Below, one piece after another: positions 47,601 through 55,361 of a stretch of DNA of 64,000 nucleotides. Location of the stretch: positions 1-64,000 of IMG/VR virus record IMGVR_UViG_3300005614_000001. One strand, written 5' to 3'. The notes beneath the pieces were generated by a model that was given only the letters and a program-made list of their open reading frames with translations, ran no database searches and was not told the origin of the DNA. Each line of letters begins with the position of its first letter. Position 1 is the first letter of the stretch. Made by a program: the position numbers and the translations under genes. The stretch is from a virus. Lineage: Duplodnaviria > Caudoviricetes.

Positions 47601-50600
47601 AGGGTTTATCATCCTTTCTATTATAAGTAGTGGATTTAAATAGAATAGGGAGGGGTTTCTTTTGAGTTTCAAAAGCCTTATCTGCAGGAGCTTCTTCATG
47701 TACATTATTTTCCCCTGTAGGAAATGAAGATGCGCTCTTGGAAGAAAGCTCCTTTAGGCTATCCTCCAGCTTTTTATTAAAGTCTGTCCTTTGTTTTACT
47801 ATCTCTGCTTCTGATAGAACAGGAGAGTAACTATCTAACACTCCAGGTTCTACTTCCTGAATGTTACCTGTAGCATCTTCTACCCTTATTTTTCCACTAT
47901 CTGTTTTTTCAAGTATTTTTAACTTAGAGAGTTTTTCAGCTTGTATGTTCTGATAGTCTTTTTGCTTATCAGCTTCACCCTTATCTGTAAAAGTTTCGAT
48001 AACATTCCCTGTAGGGGAAATAAGATTATATTTATCTCCATCTTGCTGTACTTTATATTCTCCCGGTGTTTCTGTTATATATTCTCTGTTTAATTCAAAT
48101 GGTTTACCATTTACTTCAACTGTCGGAGCAGTAGTATTATCAGTTTCTTTATTTTTTGTACTATCCGTATTATCTTCCCCAATAGAGAGAGAATTTCTCC
48201 ATTCATTGTAGTTCTTTACAAAGTCCTCATATCCTTCCTGGGTAAATAAATGATCAAAAGCTGCAGAAGCATATTTCTTTCCTTTATTTATCTGGTTAAT
48301 ATCATAACCCTTTTGTATAAGGTCTACTGTATGTTCTTTAGGAAAGGATATACTATCTAAGGTTCTTTGTTCTTCCGGAGTGCGGTTATTTAATTCAAAG
48401 TCTAAAAGGGATGGAAATAGCTTAGTATATTCTGCACTTTTGAAATCTGCAGACTTAGTGATGGAAGCTATCTTTTCAGAAAGAGTATTAAGGGTATTTA
48501 TCTGCTGCTGGGCTTTTATCCTATCATCTCCACTCACTAACTTTTCATCTATCTGCTTCTGCAGGTCTTCTGATTTATCTTTATATACTTCTCTTAAGTT
48601 ATTGAGCCCTGTAGGAGAGGTTAGTTTAGCTATTAATTCATTAGTGATGGCAGGGTGTATCTTAGTAATACCCCCTTGTATTTCCTGCAGCCTGTTATTA
48701 AAATCCTTCCCGTTATAAGATAACTTTACAAGAGATGATTTATAATCTTCAAATATATTGTATGCTTCATTACTCCTCGCCTGGTCTTCAGTTTTTGCAT
48801 TCCCAAAGTACTGGTAAGGATTTTGAAATATATTAGAAATGGCATCATGAGCATCTTTTATACTCTGTGCTTTCTGTATTAAAGCATCTATATACTGATG
48901 ATTGCTTGTTCTATCCCAATCCTTTATCCCAAATAAAGTATTGATTTCTGATTCCGGGAGTTCTTTTAAAAGTTTTAATTGTTCCAACCTTACTTCAAAC
49001 CTATTAGCTTTTATCCCACTATCTACAAAGTTAAAGAACTGGTCCTTCTGTAAATTCTTGAATTTAAATATATCATTATTTTTTACAGCATCAGCTATAT
49101 CAGTTTTAGCCTGTAGGGTAGACGCAGTAGCATCATAGTTATTTTCCATAACTCCCAGTACCCCTCTTGAGTTGAGGGAATTTACAGCATGGGCAGCAGC
49201 CTGTTCTGGGGTAAATACTCCAGCCCTTGCTTTCTGTATACTTTCTACCTTATGCTCTATAGGTCCAAATAATACCCCCGTTAGTCCACCAAGGAGCATA
49301 TTTTCATACCCCTCCTGAGTACCAAATTGCCCTATTAATCCCTGTCCTGTAGCCTGTATAATAGCATCTAAATCTCCTTTGGTCTTCTTGTTATATTTAT
49401 CTTCATAGTAATTCTGAGTACCAACCTGGGCAGCATACTGTCCACCTTCTTCATATACACCTTCTGCTAATATATTAGGAATGGCAGGTTTTACATACTT
49501 CTGAAATCTTGTTTCAGGGGTGAGTTTAAGTTTATCTATATCTGCTGCTGTTGATATTTTATCTGCTGCCAGTCCAATAGTACCAGCCTGTTCTTCTGTT
49601 GCTGCCTCTACTCCTGATTTAAGGCTTTGTTTAAAAGAGTTCCATGGTTTTAATATATGCTCAAACTGAATAGCATTGGATGCCATCAGAAGTGCCATAT
49701 TCACCCCATACCGAACATTACCAGAAGCTGTTGCAATTTTATCAATGTCTTCAAGGTCCTTCCCTGTAGGATTGTAACCGTTTTTTTCATAATAGCTTTG
49801 TATTAGGTCTTTTTTAACCTGCTCATATCCCTGCCTTGCTTCCATCCCTGCTTCAGCATGAGAGGCACCCCAAAGAGTAGAAAGGTATTCAGCACCCCTC
49901 CCTATTTTCTGCCCTGCAGCAATAGCAGAGAGTTGCTTCATAGAAGCTATAGACTGAGTAGATTGTTCTATTTCTGAAGTAGCCGCAAGAACTTTTTCCA
50001 GGTCATTTGTTCCTGTAAATGCTTTATTAAGCCATAGAGCTGCCTTCCCTACTTGTTCAGAGATGAGGGGAGCTTCTCCTATACCTTCACTTATTGCTCC
50101 TATAGTAACATCTGTGAGGGCAGCACTTCCTATTGCACCTATTGTAAAACCTGTATTCTTTAGTACCTTATCACTCCAGAAGTTTGCAGCACCACCAGAG
50201 AATGGAATAGCACTCAAAAATGGATGATCCTGTTCCCACTTGGTGTAATAGTTAGGGAATTTATCCTCCAGGTTTGTCTGCCAGTTATCTAAAGACTGTT
50301 CCCATGAGTTCTTATATACATTACCTCCGGACAATCCTCTTATAGTATCCGGGATAGCCAATAATCCATCAGCAAAAGCAGATACAGCTATAGCCCCTGT
50401 TTTAACAAGAGCATTACCAAATTTACTCCATGCAGATTGGTTTTTTGCAAAGTTCTCTTCATTGTCTACAAATGGATTAAAGTTATCTCCATATCTCCTT
50501 GTTTGATTCTCTGCAGTATATATTGGTTCATCTGCTGCATCCAACCCTGATTTATCCGGGATAGATGCCAGTATATCAGATGCCTTCATAGTGCGAAGAT

Positions 50601-50742
50601 CAACCGGAGGGGCTTGGTATACAGCAGGATTAGCTACAGATGGTACTATAGGGTCAGTTTGTGGTCTTGGTCCTGTACTAATATCTGAACTGAATACCGG
50701 AGTATTTTGTATTGGAGAAGTAGGGATAGTTGGATCTGGCAT
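38683..50742 (-). CDS. giant virion RNA polymerase (crAss-type) with zincin-like HExxH motif and C-terminal histidine-phosphatase domain
   Basis: 4019 aa. GFRIPTQ and catalytic GSDFDVDK (DFDVD at 41728-41742), HEAFH (45751-45765), RHGET (~38938-38952). Confidence 0.9.
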   Translation of the reverse strand: MPDPTIPTSPIQNTPVFSSDISTGPRPQTDPIVPSVANPAVYQAPPVDLRTMKASDILASIPDKSGLDAADEPIYTAENQTRRYGDNFNPFVDNEENFAKNQSAWSKFGNALVKTGAIAVSAFADGLLAIPDTIRGLSGGNVYKNSWEQSLDNWQTNLEDKFPNYYTKWEQDHPFLSAIPFSGGAANFWSDKVLKNTGFTIGAIGSAALTDVTIGAISEGIGEAPLISEQVGKAALWLNKAFTGTNDLEKVLAATSEIEQSTQSIASMKQLSAIAAGQKIGRGAEYLSTLWGASHAEAGMEARQGYEQVKKDLIQSYYEKNGYNPTGKDLEDIDKIATASGNVRYGVNMALLMASNAIQFEHILKPWNSFKQSLKSGVEAATEEQAGTIGLAADKISTAADIDKLKLTPETRFQKYVKPAIPNILAEGVYEEGGQYAAQVGTQNYYEDKYNKKTKGDLDAIIQATGQGLIGQFGTQEGYENMLLGGLTGVLFGPIEHKVESIQKARAGVFTPEQAAAHAVNSLNSRGVLGVMENNYDATASTLQAKTDIADAVKNNDIFKFKNLQKDQFFNFVDSGIKANRFEVRLEQLKLLKELPESEINTLFGIKDWDRTSNHQYIDALIQKAQSIKDAHDAISNIFQNPYQYFGNAKTEDQARSNEAYNIFEDYKSSLVKLSYNGKDFNNRLQEIQGGITKIHPAITNELIAKLTSPTGLNNLREVYKDKSEDLQKQIDEKLVSGDDRIKAQQQINTLNTLSEKIASITKSADFKSAEYTKLFPSLLDFELNNRTPEEQRTLDSISFPKEHTVDLIQKGYDINQINKGKKYASAAFDHLFTQEGYEDFVKNYNEWRNSLSIGEDNTDSTKNKETDNTTAPTVEVNGKPFELNREYITETPGEYKVQQDGDKYNLISPTGNVIETFTDKGEADKQKDYQNIQAEKLSKLKILEKTDSGKIRVEDATGNIQEVEPGVLDSYSPVLSEAEIVKQRTDFNKKLEDSLKELSSKSASSFPTGENNVHEEAPADKAFETQKKPLPILFKSTTYNRKDDKPYTQRQQKFFSALNSIGNKDNIRVILVTQKTEESLGLKGLIDDVAKGFDGDKSTIIATVFIDSTGGENHFVGVDGKRIGRVGEQTNIENAVYGVMPTADLSWRTSPNETRYSQGTPEEAVAYSKAWEERRNQILEHGDGDNVYSFYVTRGRGEYNGKDSEGNFYQTPVSKSIIDKKDIGKKGVVQVVTKGFITHQGENISFPNGRPVLQYGSTLQWLNNRKFSSHEVDNLYDNLHLLAVRSEQNKGEIDPQIENYLQGVLYFTQPQQGKPTSSNQVYLKDGFLYFGNRTEGVPFSAKGIEENQQKIKDYLKDTFQNINNKKLVDGLPFEEIIGVDGDKLKTISWKSYQHFLISDTHDLLEDDPSELKGTARNVNSIPLTTSIREVSKTNPLDTNFYYKSAVLTTNQEGATIFSPKEIEPKVQSKESTPSPSVPGIKVPGVPETQVINEVKTFPSKFGELKYTAENTPEGWLIAFPQSEALDGLVTNLKSLGKTDEEALDTLRSIVASKLPKIEQTVEQEAKVEKELPKETKVGASLPNSGRFTSDYRIVKEKYGVITADLDKEEKWFKDNISSSIPFQRVKNLIATTGSGYAYGQFKDAIVFVSQNAETGTTYHEAFHAVWSMFTDLKEKQSILSEFKQREGSFIDRETGTVTTYNSASGKQTVEQLAEEFRDYVLQNQKPAGNFIQRLFRDIVNFVQRLFSPSVNTIDSLFKRINSGYYKTSPIKSAYNGEVDYRTIPGLSVSNSYNFVRGNAVEILQQVFRENKNIVDLEEGNYDPKQIYQKVYAGLKQAFTSTGEIADSIPEMYRRGDINEFQYKAYSTLWDNISNNWGTAVELTNEYLNTFGVVVKLSNEGLTEIIENPEGVFEGISTQDKEGEESNYDGGKSADSYLQNYLTFDFKKNAPARVKMLYATLTETLFDKTSPSGVISKVDTDIYMQKALQMSKSMNYTLSQVFKYNSLEQKIDALKEVANTNPDYVRLINRLKFNTSLSDLSISDWKMAVSWLNTFSKQRPEAVIQYKDGDKTYSAPANLNTAARVLSQSWIDNLKVNAGPGKIVNVDKEGNYNFNGAAVPKTDSGLLSALGVEFDSFMLSNLSKKDKDSLSSTIGSIRTFLSRKGSVDISNLGEKGNFQKLAELYTKAKGEGWESTFTNVSGERVQQYLQNNTISNITNDINSAVDKDELLNSTPHLLSLYSQDSWYLKNLFDENGEKNDKTLDISYIDGIADVKTGDVKPLSKVDPLTRVVTELNQNLNKNYYILVPADSKTEWMLKMEHPIELSAFDTSIAWNRINNIFSSYYVTEKSIADSKTKAEGKKYDGLLADITDSYSQEELNTDKLKDYIETRVSNLTDYLKKNDVITEQTTKNATGETVTKYKLNGIEGYEGKLLTENELRKLFTFTEVNYMINNVEMHKLFFGDYGGIKDPLKRYKSFLSPRETSVYNTPEFNNKLNEELNKAGNIKLSPTDPGYWEHKDYIPTVSLSDILSEEKSITGDKHLPEELRSPYEASNGADAQSWTPLPAYREIMWKSGARWSTQQEQQFQYLMAQDRNLMAEDGHYIYSSPELKEHDTNLLKKGDPKVAVMQILKPIGSGFTMDGNTFLDKTSVAPLSYARVRGTNLESIYVKMHKEGVGYAIVESGRKIGIIEGNDNKDDIYSDAPFKESAKLNIPFRYYGIQVETGAEKDKGTLGSQLSKLAYVNLYNAGTPISEEMGDKVRRNIDALQNLQNNGYDKLLSKFGIVDDGESFSIPDKTKVAAILQDELFRREAPQNLKDILQLDEEGNFLIPFEAAINYNQIKSILFSYIDKLIAKPKVNGGQKIQLSGVGFEVKGKRVEAGKDSKGNLIYVSNGLKFYEATYDESGKRTSVSRMEVMLPNWFAKKLKSSNNKLSKLSDDELIEHLNSTDSGKKILNGVGFRIPTQELNSVEAFTVKAFTPSWTGDSIVVPEAITTKAGSDFDVDKLNTYLKNIYITNDGEIAEIPYFGTGEEAKSKFKDLLNGLNSKEELIDNLLPGEAVKAFDALADFDFLQEEEKLNKQVEDMYSKSLENEYFNSLEDLILLPENYERLIAANNSKELMSLRDNLVKLAPEEFGSSDDRSPLNRLYMSNTRHTFIMGKGGVGIAAVAQTNNSLNQLGEIYLDIDKASSLPKYQQEYIGDGKIALPHNSISIDGRDVATLSNNKDVDGRYISDKISQYINGFVDVAKDPFIAQIIQSPSLTGTFLMLEKAGTPTSTVVYFMNQPIIREYMKLLAKKNTTWLYDNRNVEAIRQLFPKGSRKITSALNVSNIVLKSNIETFYSGGVLNQEENTQQQQILSEFLKYGVMSQNLFDITQGTNYDTDSSGDPVMQYRKQYKTDKAREANIWNTVDTLLDKSHLGNLQSLVASSSKAISESLIAIENPEIKSYLAPVLDNLLETRGLSKDDYRKAARTAEEHFMTYAIQTSSRLNNRVKELMVDQSTAVATELAALKNSLPKGSDLYNNTVLQQLIPLLKNKNSAAKGVTIASKVSDAITSDVYTGAFRELRDNPQTRDLYYNLVRLSFLQSGISTSPVSFFKYLPSEDYAKVIKPVVDKMDSMSNLSAFNDLGVFFRNSWSNTDIVPNVTEDFNDRGESKKRLYPEWMKGLREKYNVNDIRNNTYKLYTASGSSSSRFITMNLFADQREADNGVSGGKILLQRLEDESGTPMKEGSADFPYYIYTPVNAWGDGSRAQEFYDTPSQSVLDNGYLKIQEIPQQEILDAYRSAKGITIVNRDRVESNSGGYIKPSQDFKAWDIGDLEGRPESTDRKTVNNLVKNSSEKPQGNSGNRGESFNEFKDRVINAFRGLLQTAPDNTLVVTHSSVIKILDSWIKEGKTNDNKIDINYYLAGTTDTGDVFKYKSDNGILLVARHGETEDNVKGLLRTSETQLTKKGVEQAQKVGEELKGTNIPQIITSDLPRAIHTSEIIASKVRAPFETFKPNITSANAEKTLNLVKGNC

Positions 50743-50745
50743 TAA

Positions 50746-53292
50746 CTATTGGTTTGTAGCAGTTTTTATTATTTCTTCAGCAGTCATTGGTTTCCCTGTA
50801 GCAGGATTTACAGTTTTAGTCCATTGTTCTATCTGGTATTGTATACCACCGGGAGTTTGTGCAGCTCCAGTTGGAAGAGGAACAGCTATTGGGTTTTGCC
50901 CACTAAGAATGTATAGTTGATACCCACCACCTAGGAGAGGTTCTCTTTTTCCTATAGCATATCTTATCTTTCCATCATAAGAAGCAAGTACACCATCCCC
51001 TTTCAAAGGGGTGCGTTTATCTGGAGATGTTTCTATAGCCCTCACCAACCATTGGTCGGAAGGGGCTGGGTTAGTTACATTCTTATCTGTAGGTACTACT
51101 ATATCCTGGAACTTCTTATCATCTCCGGTATTATAAACTATGTGCAACTCCCCTGTAATGGGATCTGTATAAGTACTGTTTGGATGAATTTTATCTACAT
51201 CTATTGAGGTGTTGTTAATTTTACCCCCGGCATTCAAATTAATAGCCTGTGCCACTAAATTCTTTTGCTGTTCCATGTATTCTTTATCTCCCGATATAAC
51301 AGAATACTTAGGGTTCCAATTCACTCCCTTTTCATTATATTGTTTATTTATATAATCTGTCTTTGTATTAAGTAACTGTTCCACAGGGTGAACTAACTTA
51401 TTTAAAGTCTCCTGCCTTTTTTGTGTAAGGAGAGCTTTTAATACAGTATAGTCTGGACTATTTTTATATTCATCTAAAGCCTGCATTACAGGATCTATAT
51501 TATTTGAATTTGGGGCAGAGCTCACTATACCGGTAGTAGAGGATACACCTGCACCATTATTGGCTTCAGTTCTATATTGATTGGATTTTGCTAATATAGA
51601 ACTTAGCTCAGTCATGAAATGAGTGTCTTTTGCAGGGTTTACTACCACTCTATTTGCACTCCCTATACTCCCATCTGTTCTGTGAGCTCCTTCTACATGG
51701 ACTCCTTCTATTACTATTGGTTGATTTAAAGTGTTAGCTATAGAGTATTTAGACTCTGCATCCTTATTTATATCATCTCTTAATTGTCCAAGTACTCCAA
51801 GCTGTACTGTATTCTCCCTGGACATTTGTTTATAATTCAAATATTCAGGGTCTACATTACCAGTTTGGTTTTGGAATGCATTTTCCTGCAGGGCTTTCCA
51901 CTGCTTGTAAGAATTTACAGCATCAGGCCCTGGAGTGAGGTTATTCTTCTTATAATACTCTCTTTTTAAAGCTTCATCCAGGTCTGTCCCCTTCTTAACC
52001 AAGGAGTTAATATTATCTTCATTTTTCTGAAAACTGTATTCTCCTGTACTACCTCCCTTTCCAACTAATTGCTGTTCATCTGTTGCAGCAGTTCCATCTG
52101 CATTCTTCTTAGCTCCTTTTACTTTATTTAAATACAGGCCATAATATGGATTATTAATATCCATTGGTTTCCCTGTATCCGGATCTATTCCTGCATTTAT
52201 ATTTTCTATCCTTACTTTTTGTGCTTCTAAAGTAAACTTAGTGGTATTGATGGCATTTTCATTTGCCTTCAATTCCAGTTCATGATTATTCTTCTGGTAG
52301 TTGATAACATATTTATCAGAGAAATGATCCCTATAGTATGCCTGCTTTACAGCATCCATATTCCCATTATCTATAGCATCAAAATATTCTTTATTGTTAC
52401 TTTTAATACCGTCTATCTTATTCTTATTAAAGGCTATCTGGTTATCATACTGAGCTGCAGCTATAGGGTCATTTCCCAATTTAAGCTTTTCAGCAGCCAG
52501 TTCATTATTTAACTGCTCCAGGTTAGATACTTTATTTCCATTATAGATAGCTATATTTCTCTTAAGGTCTGTAGGGGAATAGTTCTTATAGTTATAGTTT
52601 GCATCTATAGCAAGCTGTTGTCCTATCCTTGGGTCTTGAGAGATAGTCTCCCTTACTAAAGCATCTATATCTTCCGGTCTTATTTTAGAAGATTTATCTA
52701 TTGCTATCTGGTACTGTCCATCCGCATTTAACTTATAACTTACTTCCGGACCCAGTTTACTTACTTTATCTACTATTGGTTTTTCAGGGTCATAGTATTT
52801 AGTAGCCTGAGTTGGACCATTATAGTTAGCTCCTACATCTGGGTTATTTAAATATGCCTGTACAGCAGAATTATCATAAGCTTCATTTTGAGGAGCATAT
52901 TGATCTGGAGATTTATCCTTTAGTTGCTTCTGGGAAGCCATAAGGGATTTTATCTGTGAGGCTGAAGCCACAGCATTTTGTATAGTTGGGTCTTTGTATA
53001 TCTGTCCTGCAAGTGCCCCCACCTGGTTTAACATAGCGGGGTTGCTCCAATCAGCTCCTGCTACAGATTGTAACTTAGAGGTTAGATCATCTACTTTAGA
53101 TTGTACATATTGTTTCCTGTGGTCTCCATAAACCTCCAGTCCACCAACAGAATCTAATACTCCTTGTACTCTTTGTACCCCCTGGTTATACTGCTGCTGC
53201 TTTTCCATCCCTGCCTGTACATAGGCATTTACATCATATTTGCCAATATAAGGAGTTAGGGGAAGTGGTTGATTATCAAGGTATGAGGCCAA
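50746..53292 (-). CDS. virion cargo/ejection protein
   Basis: 848 aa, TTG start, helical Gln/Asn-rich N-terminus; position upstream of the RNAP matches crAss gene order. Confidence 0.7.
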   Translation of the reverse strand: MASYLDNQPLPLTPYIGKYDVNAYVQAGMEKQQQYNQGVQRVQGVLDSVGGLEVYGDHRKQYVQSKVDDLTSKLQSVAGADWSNPAMLNQVGALAGQIYKDPTIQNAVASASQIKSLMASQKQLKDKSPDQYAPQNEAYDNSAVQAYLNNPDVGANYNGPTQATKYYDPEKPIVDKVSKLGPEVSYKLNADGQYQIAIDKSSKIRPEDIDALVRETISQDPRIGQQLAIDANYNYKNYSPTDLKRNIAIYNGNKVSNLEQLNNELAAEKLKLGNDPIAAAQYDNQIAFNKNKIDGIKSNNKEYFDAIDNGNMDAVKQAYYRDHFSDKYVINYQKNNHELELKANENAINTTKFTLEAQKVRIENINAGIDPDTGKPMDINNPYYGLYLNKVKGAKKNADGTAATDEQQLVGKGGSTGEYSFQKNEDNINSLVKKGTDLDEALKREYYKKNNLTPGPDAVNSYKQWKALQENAFQNQTGNVDPEYLNYKQMSRENTVQLGVLGQLRDDINKDAESKYSIANTLNQPIVIEGVHVEGAHRTDGSIGSANRVVVNPAKDTHFMTELSSILAKSNQYRTEANNGAGVSSTTGIVSSAPNSNNIDPVMQALDEYKNSPDYTVLKALLTQKRQETLNKLVHPVEQLLNTKTDYINKQYNEKGVNWNPKYSVISGDKEYMEQQKNLVAQAINLNAGGKINNTSIDVDKIHPNSTYTDPITGELHIVYNTGDDKKFQDIVVPTDKNVTNPAPSDQWLVRAIETSPDKRTPLKGDGVLASYDGKIRYAIGKREPLLGGGYQLYILSGQNPIAVPLPTGAAQTPGGIQYQIEQWTKTVNPATGKPMTAEEIIKTATNQ

Positions 53293-53316
53293 AGGAATTA
53301 GTATTTGAAAGGTTTA

Positions 53317-53347
53317 CAAAGGTATTACTTATTTTAATTATATACAA
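53317..53347 (-). promoter_or_regulatory. Bacteroidota-type promoter TTG-N20-TACCTTTG
   Basis: + strand CAAAGGTA 53317-53324 and CAA 53345-53347, intergenic, upstream of the cargo/RNAP genes. Confidence 0.6.
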
Positions 53348-53378
53348 CTTCTTAAGTTATATTGTTTAACAGTTTAGA

Positions 53379-55352
53379 TTATTTCTTAGCCTTCTTTTTC
53401 AGCTTGATGGGGGTTTTACCACCATACTTCTGTATATTAGTTTGCATGGCTTTCTTTCTATCTATTTCTGCCTGGTATTGTTCTTTAGCATCTCTATATC
53501 CACCATAGTGTATTTCCTTGCTTCCTATAATATTTCCTGAAGGATCTCTTTCTATTTCAGTTCTTATATTACTGCTATTTCCACTGGCTCCCAGACCAAT
53601 ATTAGACCCTGGTGCAAAATTAGCATCTGGCCCCTGGTATTGCAGGTTCATATTCTGGTCTGGTCTATAATTAAACCTGTTTTCTTCCAGGCGGATAGTA
53701 TTATTCTCTCTCCTGTTTTGGGCTATTTTAGAAGCCAGGGATGCAAGTGCTTCTCTCTGGTGCTGTTTAGTGTAGGTTTCTGCAGCAGTTTGTCTTTGGT
53801 TCTCTGTATCTGCAAATTGCAGGTTCTTTAATTTAGCATCATTTAGCAATCCAATATTCTTATTGGTTACTTCATTCTGTATTCCCTGGTTAGTTCTAAA
53901 CTGTTCAGCCTGAACTGCGTTATCTGCACTGTACTTCTGGGCAGCAAGAGCAGCTAAAGCTGAAGGATTACTATGTACCTGGTCTTCTACTGCTTTAAAA
54001 GTAGCATTGTTTTGATTTAGCCTATCCTGGAAAGATACATTATAAGGAGTGAAGAGCTGAGGGTTATACTGCTGGTGAGGAACAGGAGTAGGTCTTTCAG
54101 CTAACCCTGCAAGTTCCGGGAGAATATCTGATATCCCCAGTTTATTTCTATCTGCCAGGGATGTCATCTTTTTAGCCTGTGGTGTTACAAAGCCAGGATC
54201 TGGTTTATACCTGCTTACCATCTCATTTACATCTACAGGATTGAGATTACCTGGGGCATTTCCAGCGGGCTGAATTGGGGAAATGGTATCTCTTACAGGA
54301 ATTGGTTGTATATCCTGGTATGGAAGAGGTTTTATAGGAGCTGTACTAACTGGAGTATTATCATAATACTTTCCATCTTCTCCATAAGTTATAGTATTTT
54401 TCAGCTTTCCAAATTCATCAGGAGCTAATTCTCCTACCTTCTTATTAGCTATATCACCAAGACTAATATTATATCCACTTCCACCAGTCCATTTCTTTAT
54501 GGCATCTTTTACCGGGAGGTTTTTATAAGTAGGGGATTTTAACAATGCCTGCATGGCATTTAACCCTGAAGTAGTATCTGGGAATTTAGCAAACCTTCCA
54601 CCATCAGTAGAAGGATCTCCAGGAACTGCACCATATTTTTGCTGCCATGGAGCATACTTTAAATTACCTGGATTGTTATGCCTTACAGCTACTGAAGAAG
54701 AGGAGGTTGTATTATCTCCACTTCCATCCCCTTGGCTACCACCATCTGCATAGATAGGAATAGAACCACCATTTTTAAGCATCTTAGATAACTCTTTTGG
54801 CTTCACCCCAGTTTTATCAGCAGTTTCCAGCATCCAGTTCTGTATAGTGGAGAGATCTTCTTTCTGTTGGGCTAAATCCTTCTGTTTTATATTGGCCCCT
54901 TCCTGCATTACTCTCCCTGAATTGAAAGCAAATGCCTGGAACTTATTATATGGATCCTGGGTATTTATTAGCCCTGAAGCTGTATCTAACTGCTTTCCGG
55001 CTTTAGCCTCCTGCTCCCCAATCTCCTTCCCAACAGTTTTAAATTTCTTATCCATTGTAGGAACTTTCATGTTCCCTAAAATATTTAAGTTGTTATCTCT
55101 CCCTATAAAAGCAGTCTCCGAGCCCTCTACTTCCAGAGGATTTTCTCCATAAGACATTTTAATTCCCCCCTGGTCATGAGAGTTACCATGAAATTGCATC
55201 ATTCCCCCATTATACGGGTTATGAGAGATTGGAACTACTCCTCCTCCATCATATATCTGTATACCATTTTCAGCTTGTGGAATTCCGGTAACTCTTACCT
55301 TACTTATTCCACCATCTTCCATTTTTGGTATACCTTTTACTTTTACTTTCAT
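53379..55352 (-). CDS. virion cargo protein with lysozyme-like (NNPGN) domain
   Basis: GNSHDQGG / EVEG.E N-domain, VRHNNPGNLK...GRFAKF...SG..AM..LL domain, coiled-coil C-terminus, xxGG repeats. Confidence 0.7.
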   Translation of the reverse strand: MKVKVKGIPKMEDGGISKVRVTGIPQAENGIQIYDGGGVVPISHNPYNGGMMQFHGNSHDQGGIKMSYGENPLEVEGSETAFIGRDNNLNILGNMKVPTMDKKFKTVGKEIGEQEAKAGKQLDTASGLINTQDPYNKFQAFAFNSGRVMQEGANIKQKDLAQQKEDLSTIQNWMLETADKTGVKPKELSKMLKNGGSIPIYADGGSQGDGSGDNTTSSSSVAVRHNNPGNLKYAPWQQKYGAVPGDPSTDGGRFAKFPDTTSGLNAMQALLKSPTYKNLPVKDAIKKWTGGSGYNISLGDIANKKVGELAPDEFGKLKNTITYGEDGKYYDNTPVSTAPIKPLPYQDIQPIPVRDTISPIQPAGNAPGNLNPVDVNEMVSRYKPDPGFVTPQAKKMTSLADRNKLGISDILPELAGLAERPTPVPHQQYNPQLFTPYNVSFQDRLNQNNATFKAVEDQVHSNPSALAALAAQKYSADNAVQAEQFRTNQGIQNEVTNKNIGLLNDAKLKNLQFADTENQRQTAAETYTKQHQREALASLASKIAQNRRENNTIRLEENRFNYRPDQNMNLQYQGPDANFAPGSNIGLGASGNSSNIRTEIERDPSGNIIGSKEIHYGGYRDAKEQYQAEIDRKKAMQTNIQKYGGKTPIKLKKKAKK

Positions 55353-55361
55353 ATAATATTT

